Assembly (NCBI GenBank): GCA_039589315.1
Contig: JBDHHQ010000161.1
Span: 1-15,170, forward strand
From: Gemmatimonadota bacterium
GTDB taxonomy: Bacteria > Gemmatimonadota > Gemmatimonadetes > Longimicrobiales > Gaopeijiaceae
Reading direction: 5' to 3'
Length of the DNA: 15,170 nt
Of this stretch, positions 1 to 7,259 are shown piece after piece. Numbering within the stretch: position 1 is the first letter of the stretch; each line of letters opens with the position of its first letter. The notes under the pieces were generated by a model. It ran no database searches. It saw only the letters and a program-made list of their open reading frames with translations, and was not told the origin of the DNA. Both the position numbers and the translations under genes were made by a program.

Positions 1-1133
1 TCCGCCCGCACCAGCAGCAGGTTCGCCACGTTGGCGCAGGCGATCAGCAGCACGAAGCCCACCGTCCCGAGGAGGATCCAGAGCGTCGTGCTCACCTCTC
101 CCACCACCGCCTGCTTGAGGGGCCGGATCCGGGCGCGCAGGCCAACCTCCGCCAGGAAGGCGGCTTCACCATCCTGGGGGAAAAGCTCCGGTAGCCGGGT
201 GATCAGGCCCTGAATCTCGGCGTCGACGCTTTCGATGGTGCTTCCCGGAGCCATCCGCGCGACCCCACCCGCACCGAACGCGGCCAGGGGCGCTTCGGCA
301 GGATCCACGATGCGAGGAAGCCAAAGCCGAGCTTGTCGGTCAGGGTGGCCGAAATCGGGCGGCATGATGCCCACGACACGTCGGCTCACGCCGCTCATGT
401 CGACCGTGCGGCCCACGATGTCCGGATCGCCGCCGAACGTGCTCCTCCAGAGCCCGTCGCTCAGGATCACCACCCGCTCGGCGTCGGGCACGCCCTCTTC
501 CTCGACGAAGGTGCGTCCCAGCGCCGCCTCGACGCCCAGCACCTCGAAGAAGCCCGGCGTAACGGCCTGGGCCGGCACCCGTTCGGGCTCACCGTCGCCT
601 ACGAGGTTCACGACCGTGGGCGCGTGCATGGCCACTCCCTCCAGGGAGGTGGCCTGGTCCTGGTAGACGAGGTAGAGGCCCTCCGAGATGGGGAGCTCGT
701 CCTGGCCATCCCGGCCGAGGTGCTGCAGGGACAGTAGCCGATCGGACTCGGGGAAGGGCAGCGGCCGCAGCAGCACGCCATCCACCAATGTGAAGACGGC
801 CGTGTTGGCCCCGATGCCCAGCGCGAGAGTCACGACTGCGATGGCCGTGAACGCCGGGTAGCGAAGCAGTGTCCGGACGGCGAAGCGAAGGTCCTGGAAC
901 AGTCCTGAAAAGCTCATGGTCTCCTTCATCTCCCAAAAGGCATCCACCACGCACATCGAGACCCGCAACACCAGTCGAATTCGAGGCAGCAGAGTGGCAC
1001 GGCCATCGGCCGTCATCCGTTGCCAGGCGTACGCCGCCTCCGCCTCCCACTCCCGGCGCCACGCTTCCCGGCGCAGGCAGGGCACCATCCGGGACGCGGC
1101 ACCGATCAGGCGAAGGCCGGGCACCGACATCAT
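1..1133 (-). CDS. ADOP-family (MacB/FtsX-like) ABC transporter permease; 3' end runs off the window
   Basis: Manual translation from ATG 1133: MMSVPGLRLIGAASRMVP..REAWRREWEAE..LFQDLRFAVRTLLRYPAFTAIAVVTLALGIGANTAVFTLVDGVLLRPLPFPESDRL..VTPGFFEVLGV..VVILSDGLWRSTFGGDPDIVGR..VVGIMPPDF..LWILLGTVGFVLLIACANVANLLLVRA. These are characteristic ADOP motifs. The frame is open to the window edge, and the ATG overlaps the PadR stop (ATGA). Confidence 0.95.
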   Translation of the reverse strand, partial: MMSVPGLRLIGAASRMVPCLRREAWRREWEAEAAYAWQRMTADGRATLLPRIRLVLRVSMCVVDAFWEMKETMSFSGLFQDLRFAVRTLLRYPAFTAIAVVTLALGIGANTAVFTLVDGVLLRPLPFPESDRLLSLQHLGRDGQDELPISEGLYLVYQDQATSLEGVAMHAPTVVNLVGDGEPERVPAQAVTPGFFEVLGVEAALGRTFVEEEGVPDAERVVILSDGLWRSTFGGDPDIVGRTVDMSGVSRRVVGIMPPDFGHPDRQARLWLPRIVDPAEAPLAAFGAGGVARMAPGSTIESVDAEIQGLITRLPELFPQDGEAAFLAEVGLRARIRPLKQAVVGEVSTTLWILLGTVGFVLLIACANVANLLLVRA

Positions 1134-1495
1134 GCAGGCTCCGCCTCGGTGCCGAAGAGGCGCACCAGGGCCGGGAAGCGCTCGAGCACCTCGCTCATGG
1201 CGCCCTCGCCCAGCGGCGTCAGCCGGTAGTAGCGCCTGGCCGGCCGGTGCTCCGCCCGGGCGATGGCCTCGTCCTCCCACGCCCCCTCCAGCACGCCCCG
1301 ACGCTCCAGCCGACGAAGGATCGGGTACACCGTCCCGTCCGGCAGGCCGGTCGCATCTCGATTCTTGGCCCAGGTGATCCCGGTTCGGTCCGATCGGCGG
1401 CCTGACCGGCCCGCGCGAGCGCTGAGTATACAGAATCCTAGGTAGGGTCTCAACACGTCAGACGCACGGAGGGGCGGTGAGGGTTGCACGAGCAC
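1130..1495 (-). CDS. PadR-family transcriptional regulator, probably N-terminally truncated (conserved part 1130-1360)
   Basis: RDATGLPDGTVYPILRRLERRGVLEGAWE..HRPARRYYRLT is the PadR recognition helix plus wing. Residues upstream of 1360 do not resemble PadR, and the ORF's GTG start lies upstream of the predicted promoter. PadR directly upstream of an ADOP permease is a common arrangement. Confidence 0.8.
   Translation of the reverse strand: MLVQPSPPLRASDVLRPYLGFCILSARAGRSGRRSDRTGITWAKNRDATGLPDGTVYPILRRLERRGVLEGAWEDEAIARAEHRPARRYYRLTPLGEGAMSEVLERFPALVRLFGTEAEPA
1425..1453 (-). promoter_or_regulatory. Sigma70-type promoter for padR-ADOP with an overlapping pseudo-palindrome (candidate PadR operator)
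   Basis: Minus strand reads TTGAGA (1453-1448), 17 bp spacer, TATACT (1430-1425). The imperfect palindrome TACCTAGGATTCTGTATA covers the spacer and -10. It is a locally AT-rich patch in GC-rich DNA. Confidence 0.7.
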
Positions 1496-1660
1496 GGGCG
1501 CTTCAGCCTGTCATGGTCGGACGCTCTGATCGTGGCCGCTGCGCTGCGCGTCGGGTGCCGATACCTTCTGTCCGAGGATCTGCAAGACGGACAGACCCTT
1601 GATGGGCTCACGGCCATCGGTCCCTTCGTCCACGGGCCCGACCTCCTGCTTGCCGACTGA
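1484..1660 (+). pseudogene. C-terminal fragment of a PIN-domain (VapC-like) toxin
   Basis: Translates as LHEHGRFSLSWSDALIVAAALRVGCRYLLSEDLQDGQTLDGLTAIGPFVHGPDLLLAD*. This matches the PIN C-terminal pattern (R-Y/F-x-L-S-x-W-D-A-L-I-V-A-A-A..G-C..L-x-S-E-D-L-Q-x-G-Q..N-P-F). An in-frame TGA lies at 1478-1480 and the N-terminal half is absent. Confidence 0.8.
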
Positions 1661-1702
1661 GCGCGGGCTCCGCAGACTTCGGCACGGTCCAGCCGTTGCG
1701 GG

Positions 1703-1867
1703 GAGCGCGTCGTCAGGGTCCGTTGGACCATCGAGGACGGCATCGTCTGCGACGCCAAAGCGCTGCTCCGTGACGTGCGGGAGATGGTCGAGCAGTCGAA
1801 GACCGACCTTGAGATCGCGCCGGGACCCGCGCCGGTAGCTACGGCGGGGAGCCCATCCCCGAACTGA
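1703..1867 (+). pseudogene. C-terminal fragment of an amidohydrolase-family protein
   Basis: Translates as ERVVRVRWTIEDGIVCDAKALLRDVREMVEQSKTDLEIAPGPAPVATAGSPSPN*. It resembles the 'VRYTIKDGIVYDAKxLLxDVRxMV' C-terminus that I recall from a group of amidohydrolases. There is no start ahead of the conserved part, and it stops 13 bp before phoX. Confidence 0.55.
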
Positions 1868-1880
1868 GCGGAGACGATAC

Positions 1881-3239
1881 ATGAGCCGCTTCGACCGCCG
1901 CGAGTTTCTGCGCCTCTCCGGTCTTCTGGCCGGGACGGCGGCCCTGGGCTTCAGTCGGCTCCAGGCCCTGGCCGCCGTGGATCACTCGCACACCCGTCTC
2001 CGCGCCGGCCTCGGCGAGGGCGGTTACGGCCCTCTTCGGCCGGCTGGCCCCGACCTGGCGCTTCCCGACGGCTTCCAGTACCGCCGCTTCGGCGACGCCG
2101 GCTCGTTGATGTCGGACGGACACGTGACGCCGCTCCTCCACGACGGAATGGCGGCCTTCCCACTTCCAAACGGCAATATCCGGCTGGTGCGCAACCATGA
2201 GGTGGCGGGGCGGGGCATTCGCCAGCCCACCTTCCCCCAGACGTACGACGCCATGGCGGGGGGCGGCACCACCTCGCTGGAGGTCGATCCCGTCACCCGG
2301 GAGCTGGTCGCCGACTTCACGAGTCTCGACGGCACCGTGCGGAACTGTGCCGGGGGCCCGACGCCGTGGGGCTCCTGGCTCAGCTGCGAGGAGACCACGA
2401 TGGGCGTGGGCGTGGGTCTCCAGCGGCCCCACGGATACGTCTTCGACGTGCCGGCCGCCGCCACCGGCCCCGTGGCGCCCGTGCCGCTCCGGGCGATGGG
2501 GCGTTTCGTTCATGAGGCTGTGGCCGCCGATCCGCGCACCGGCATCGTCTATGAGACGGAGGACCAGTACCCCGGAGGTTTCTACCGCTTTCTTCCCGAT
2601 GTCCCGTACCGCAGCGCCAGTGAGCCCGGTGATCTGACTGCGGGCGGGCGCCTGCAGATGCTGGCCATCGATGGACGTCGGCGCGCCGACCTCTCGCGGG
2701 GGCAGGACGTGGACCGACCGATGGCGGTTCGCTGGGTCGACATCGAGGACCCTGATCCGCGCGAGGCCGAAGCCATCCCGGCGGCCGTCTGGTCGCAGGG
2801 ACGCAGGCAGGGTGGAGCGGCGTTCAGTCGATGCGAGGGCGCCTGGTACGCCGATGGCGCGGTCTATTTCTCGTGTACCGACGGGGGGGACGCGGGAGAG
2901 GGTCAGGTCTGGGTCTTCCGCCCCGGGGCAAGCGAAGACGGGGGTACCCTGACGCTGCTCTTCGAGTCGCCGGACGCCCGTGTGCTTCACAATCCCGACA
3001 ACGTATGCGTGAGCCCCCGCGGTGCGATCGTGCTTTGCGAGGATGGCGGTCCCCGCCAGTTCGTGCGCGGTCTCACGCCCGAGGGCCTCATCTTCGATTT
3101 CGTCGAGAACCTGGCGAGCACGTCCGAGATCGCGGGCGCGACGTTCAGCCCTGACGGGCAGACCCTCTTCTTCAACCTGCAGAACGAGCCCGGGGCCACC
3201 TACGCCGTGTGGGGTCCATGGCAAGAAGGGGCCCTGTGA
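1881..3239 (+). CDS. phoX: PhoX-family (DUF839) alkaline phosphatase, Tat-exported
   Basis: Twin-arginine signal DRREFL. Motifs HDGMAAF, LVRNHE, NCAGGPTPWGSWLSCEE, MGRFVHEAVA, YETED, FSRCEG, HNPDN, LCEDG, SEIAGATFSPDGQTLFFNLQ. SD-like GGAGA at 1870-1874. Confidence 0.93.
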   Translation: MSRFDRREFLRLSGLLAGTAALGFSRLQALAAVDHSHTRLRAGLGEGGYGPLRPAGPDLALPDGFQYRRFGDAGSLMSDGHVTPLLHDGMAAFPLPNGNIRLVRNHEVAGRGIRQPTFPQTYDAMAGGGTTSLEVDPVTRELVADFTSLDGTVRNCAGGPTPWGSWLSCEETTMGVGVGLQRPHGYVFDVPAAATGPVAPVPLRAMGRFVHEAVAADPRTGIVYETEDQYPGGFYRFLPDVPYRSASEPGDLTAGGRLQMLAIDGRRRADLSRGQDVDRPMAVRWVDIEDPDPREAEAIPAAVWSQGRRQGGAAFSRCEGAWYADGAVYFSCTDGGDAGEGQVWVFRPGASEDGGTLTLLFESPDARVLHNPDNVCVSPRGAIVLCEDGGPRQFVRGLTPEGLIFDFVENLASTSEIAGATFSPDGQTLFFNLQNEPGATYAVWGPWQEGAL

Positions 3240-3249
3240 GGCCCAGGGG

Positions 3250-4509
3250 TCAGCCTGTCGACACACCCTCGAGAGCCGGCGACTCCGTCGCAGGCGTCTC
3301 GACGGGGGTCGACAAAGCCGGGGCGGGCAGCTGCTGATCACGGCTCGTGACCAGGGCGATCTGGGACTCCCACTTCTCCATCATCTCGAGGAAGGCCGAC
3401 GCCAACTCCCGGTCGAACTCCGTTCCCGATCGCTCCCGGATGTAGCCGAGCACCTTGGGCGAGGACCACGCCTCCCGGTAGGGACGGTGGGTGCGGAGCG
3501 CGTCGTACACGTCGCACACGTGGACCAAGTCGCTGGCTGGGTGGCAGCTACGCCCGTAGTGCAGATTCGGGTACCCCTTCCCGTCGGCCCGGATGTGGTG
3601 CTCGTAAGCCACGACCGCGGCCATGTCCATGGGTTGCTTGGAATCCAGGATCATCCTGGCGCCGTCCACCGGGTGCCGCTCGATGAGCTTCCGCTCCTCC
3701 GGGGTGAGCTTGCCCGGCTTGTTCAGGACGTCCGGGGGGACTTTCACCTTACCCAGATCGTGAAGCACCCCCGAGATACCGAACGCCTGTACGTCCTTCT
3801 TCGAGAGCCCGATGAACTCGCTGAGTGCCATGCTCAGCACGCCGACGTTGAGGGCGTGCGTGGTCGTGTACTCGTCGTGCCGCTTCAGGTGCACCAGAGG
3901 CATGAGGAACGACTCCCCGTCGTGCATCGCTCGGGACAGCGTTCTGACCAACGCCTCGGCCTCGAGCAGGGGGAGCATGTGCCCTTCCTTGAGCTCCTGC
4001 TGGATCCACTCGATAGCCTCGATCTCGGCCTCCATCGTGAGCTCCGGTCGGCCGTCCTTCGTCTCCTCTTTCTCCGAGTCGTCCGCGACGCGCTGCTCCT
4101 CCTGTTGCTTCACAGCGACGAGGCCGAGTCGGATGTTGGTGGGTCGGCTCGGGCGTGCTGCGGCGGTGGCCTCGGGGGTGCCCGACAGACGGCCCATGGC
4201 CTCTTCCAGGAAGACCTCGAAGTCGTCGCGGCCGACAGGTCCGGTGATCTCCACACGCTGGATGCCGGCTCCGCTCAGCCGGTCGCACCAGTCCCAGCCC
4301 TTGAACTCCCGCAAGGGGATCTCGTCGAAGATCAGATCCTCACCGAGGATTGTGAGCTTGAAGGTGGGATGCTCCTCCTGAAGCTCCCGCAGTCGATCGT
4401 GGGCCTTGTCCACCGCGCGCTCGCGGGCCGGGTGACCGTCGACGTAGAGCCCCAGGCTCGAGAAGGACTGGGCCAACGCGTGCAGGAAACGACTGGCGGC
4501 TTCCGTCAT
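3250..4509 (-). CDS. HD-GYP domain cyclic-dinucleotide phosphodiesterase with an uncharacterised N-terminal domain
   Basis: Motifs HDEYTTTH, LHDLGK, LNKPGKLTPEE..IERHP, EHHIRADGKGYP, CDVYDAL, RPYR, SGTEFD. The start overlaps the upstream stop (ATGA, 4506-4509). Confidence 0.92.
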   Translation of the reverse strand: MTEAASRFLHALAQSFSSLGLYVDGHPARERAVDKAHDRLRELQEEHPTFKLTILGEDLIFDEIPLREFKGWDWCDRLSGAGIQRVEITGPVGRDDFEVFLEEAMGRLSGTPEATAAARPSRPTNIRLGLVAVKQQEEQRVADDSEKEETKDGRPELTMEAEIEAIEWIQQELKEGHMLPLLEAEALVRTLSRAMHDGESFLMPLVHLKRHDEYTTTHALNVGVLSMALSEFIGLSKKDVQAFGISGVLHDLGKVKVPPDVLNKPGKLTPEERKLIERHPVDGARMILDSKQPMDMAAVVAYEHHIRADGKGYPNLHYGRSCHPASDLVHVCDVYDALRTHRPYREAWSSPKVLGYIRERSGTEFDRELASAFLEMMEKWESQIALVTSRDQQLPAPALSTPVETPATESPALEGVSTG

Positions 4510-6614
4510 GCTGGAGACTCCTCTGAGTCCACGGCCGCCTGAATCTCGGGGTCCCGCGCTCGTCGCGCGGCGTCCAGCACCGGGGCCACATCAGGGTCGT
4601 GGCTCCATGTGCTGGCGAGGGCCCGCAGCGCGCCCAGCACGTCTGGGGTGGGCTCGCCGATCTTGACGCGACCCATGAGCCGGCGCTTGGCCACGGCCAG
4701 GTCCAACAGGGCCTCCTTCGCTGCTGGGAGGGACGTGCCTGCCAGGGCCCGAGCGGCGAGGCCTTTCAGATCGGCGTCAACGTCGTGCTCGAGCACCTGA
4801 TCGATCACGACCGGCGCGAGACTGTCCGGCAGCTCCTTCTCCGCTTCCAGCAGCGCCATCCGGAGCAGCCTGTCGTCCGATCCTGCGAGCGCTCGTTCCA
4901 GCGTTCGCGAACGCAGCTCCGGGTGCTGCGCCGCCAAGGGGAACACGTCGCGAACGACGCGCTCGTCCTCGTGCTCGACGAACGGCTGGAGGTCCAGGCC
5001 CTCGGGGACGACGCCGATCTTGTTCAGGAGCGACAACAGGTTGCGGATGACCCACCAGCGATCGTCGTCCAGGCGCTCTGCGACGTGGCCCGTGACGTCC
5101 GGACCGAGCTCTACCAGCGTATCGTGCACCTTTCGCCGAACCGCCCGGGAATCGGAGTCCCGGAGCGCGTCGAGTAGCGGGTCGACAGCCGCTTCACCGG
5201 CGCGATCCGCCAGGACGCGGAGCGTGGTTTCGTCCACGTCCTCGCCCTCGAGCAGCGAGACCAGGAGGTTCGGGTCGCACAGCATGGACTGGATCCCCTC
5301 CGCAGCGGCGCCGTCTTTCGGGGCCGACTCCATCCACCGCAGAAGCTCCTTGGCCATTCCCCTGCCAACGAGGTCTTCGACGCTGGCTCCCACCGCGGGG
5401 CCGAATTCGTCGAGCTCGAGGCTCATCTGCACGACTCGGCCCGTCGCCGGCAGCATGTTGGCGCGGCGGGCGAACCGCCGCCGCGAACCCGGCGCCGAAC
5501 GCGCCATGGCGTCCAGTAGCAGGTTGTAGCGGTCGGGGTTGGGGTCGGCGAGCTGCCAGTCCTCCAGAAGCTCCTCCATGGTCTGCTTCAGGTCTTCGGA
5601 GGCTTCGGTCCGTGACTCGTCCGAGCCCGCGCCCTCGGCATGGGACGCCATCTTGGTGAGCAGACGGGTCATGGAGGTCGAGATCGAGAGACCGGACGCT
5701 GTGGCCGTGGCCTTCAGCAGGCTCACGGCCGCGTCGGCTGCCAGGGCGTCACTGGCATTCGATACGAACAGGCCACGCCAGACCGAGTCCCCGCCCATCT
5801 CCATGAGCCGCTCGAGGCTGGCCTCGTCCAGCTCGCGGACGAGCTCGGAGACGCTCTCTCGGATCTTGACGCGATCGGCGCTCACCTCGCCCCGAGCGAG
5901 CTCGTCCACGATCTGGCCGAGGTAGCGGGCGACGCTGCGGTAGCCCTTGTCGCCTTTGATCCGCGAGATCGCCTTGGCCAGGACCCTGGCCCCGGGGACC
6001 TTGGCCAGCGGAACGGGATCCCTGGAGACGAGCAGCGCCTTGACCAGGGTCAGCCACATGGTGCGCGCCTTGTCCCAGTCCAGCCGTTCCTCGTCGTCCA
6101 GGGCGAGCTTGTCGTAACCGGTGGGGAGGAGCTCCACGTGCTTCCACCGCGGCAGGCTCTCCTTCGGCCCGAGGCCAATGGCGTCACTGTCCTTCTCGAC
6201 GGGAACCGAAAGAACGTCCAGGAGCTCTCCGAGCTCTTCGACAGTCGTTCCCCGCCTGAAGGCGAGCAGCGCCAGATGGTGGTCGCTCATGGACCTGAGC
6301 ATCGTCTCGAAGAGCGGCTGACGGGCCTCGACACTCGTACCGTCCAGGATCAACTGCTTGTGGCCGACGCCGATCGTGAGGCGGGACCGGCTCGCGAGGG
6401 CGGCCTCAACGGATGCCATGAGGTGCTCGAGGGCAGGAGCTTGTGACGGGTGATCCGCCGGGTACATGCCACGTCGGCGCAGCGCGGTCGCCAGGGCCAT
6501 GACCAAGGCGACGAGCTCCGGTGCAGGCTCAGACTCCGTGCGCTTGTCCCTCGACACGGCAGCGGGGGCCCGGCCTGGGCCTTTGCGACCTCTAGGTGTT
6601 TGTACGGTGCTCAC
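4506..6614 (-). CDS. HEAT-repeat domain protein
   Basis: 702-aa, largely helical ORF with C-terminal HEAT-like repeats (AVDPLLDALRDSDSRAVRRKVHDTLVELG, RLDDDRWWVIRNLLSLLNKIG, FVEHEDERVVRD). It has a GTG start whose exact position is uncertain, and it is coupled to the HD-GYP gene. Confidence 0.85.
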   Translation of the reverse strand: MSTVQTPRGRKGPGRAPAAVSRDKRTESEPAPELVALVMALATALRRRGMYPADHPSQAPALEHLMASVEAALASRSRLTIGVGHKQLILDGTSVEARQPLFETMLRSMSDHHLALLAFRRGTTVEELGELLDVLSVPVEKDSDAIGLGPKESLPRWKHVELLPTGYDKLALDDEERLDWDKARTMWLTLVKALLVSRDPVPLAKVPGARVLAKAISRIKGDKGYRSVARYLGQIVDELARGEVSADRVKIRESVSELVRELDEASLERLMEMGGDSVWRGLFVSNASDALAADAAVSLLKATATASGLSISTSMTRLLTKMASHAEGAGSDESRTEASEDLKQTMEELLEDWQLADPNPDRYNLLLDAMARSAPGSRRRFARRANMLPATGRVVQMSLELDEFGPAVGASVEDLVGRGMAKELLRWMESAPKDGAAAEGIQSMLCDPNLLVSLLEGEDVDETTLRVLADRAGEAAVDPLLDALRDSDSRAVRRKVHDTLVELGPDVTGHVAERLDDDRWWVIRNLLSLLNKIGVVPEGLDLQPFVEHEDERVVRDVFPLAAQHPELRSRTLERALAGSDDRLLRMALLEAEKELPDSLAPVVIDQVLEHDVDADLKGLAARALAGTSLPAAKEALLDLAVAKRRLMGRVKIGEPTPDVLGALRALASTWSHDPDVAPVLDAARRARDPEIQAAVDSEESPA

Positions 6615-6683
6615 TCGACTCGTATCCGTGATCGACTACATACAGACTCCCTTCATCGTTGTCGGCCGATGAGTCCCGTTGTG

Positions 6684-7004
6684 TCAGGCGTGGGGCGGGA
6701 CGGCCGCTCGGTTCTGCCGGACGTACAGAAACAGTGGGAGAGCGCAGGACAGGCCGATGGCCAGGTTTGCCACCGGGTAGATCCACCACCTGCTCATCGC
6801 CAGGCGCCTGGCCTCGCCGAAGGACCAAATCCAGAAAACAAGGGACGTGATGACCAGATCTGCGGTGAAGCCCCCGGCGGGCGCAGTGGTGAAGAGCTGG
6901 CGGACGAAATCGTCCGGTGGGGCCCCCGAAGCCATGAACTGGAGAAAGAAGATGTAGGGGACGATGGCCCCGATCACTGAGAGAATCAGGTAGACGGTCT
7001 TCAT
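6684..7004 (-). CDS. DUF2834-family small membrane protein
   Basis: 106 aa with about three hydrophobic segments. The motifs YLILSVIGAIVPY, F..QLF, DL, EARRL..WW and IGLSCALPLFLYVRQ fit DUF2834. Confidence 0.85.
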   Translation of the reverse strand: MKTVYLILSVIGAIVPYIFFLQFMASGAPPDDFVRQLFTTAPAGGFTADLVITSLVFWIWSFGEARRLAMSRWWIYPVANLAIGLSCALPLFLYVRQNRAAVPPHA

Positions 7005-7100
7005 GGGTGCCCATCACTCCGGTGGTGGCGGTAGCCTCGTTCGCTCCTGTGAAACCCTCCCACGACTACCCAAGCTTAATCGGGACTCGGAACGAGATCG

Positions 7101-7117
7101 ATTACCTAGGAGGTAAT
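7101..7117. promoter_or_regulatory. Palindromic operator ATTACCT-N3-AGGTAAT between the DUF2834 gene and the XRE/MmyB regulator
   Basis: Perfect 7-bp inverted repeat with a 3-bp spacer, AT-rich, in a divergent intergenic region. Confidence 0.7.
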
Positions 7118-7259
7118 GGCAGTATGACGTTCCGTTGCGTAGCTATGGACGGGCGTGGCGGCCGGCGAGAGGGAGGCGGATGCGCACCGTCAGAGCTTCC
7201 AAGATTGGAAGCGAGGGCGCCGGCTGGAATCGGAGGAACGAAAGGAACGAGGACCTGGT

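Noticed and set aside
1511..1882. 123-aa minus-strand ORF
   Set aside because: Antisense to the PIN and amidohydrolase remnants, which explain the region better.
1839..3341. 500-aa minus-strand ORF
   Set aside because: Antisense shadow of phoX with no recognisable motifs. Long shadow ORFs are common in GC-rich DNA.
3022..4542. 506-aa plus-strand ORF
   Set aside because: Antisense shadow of the HD-GYP gene.
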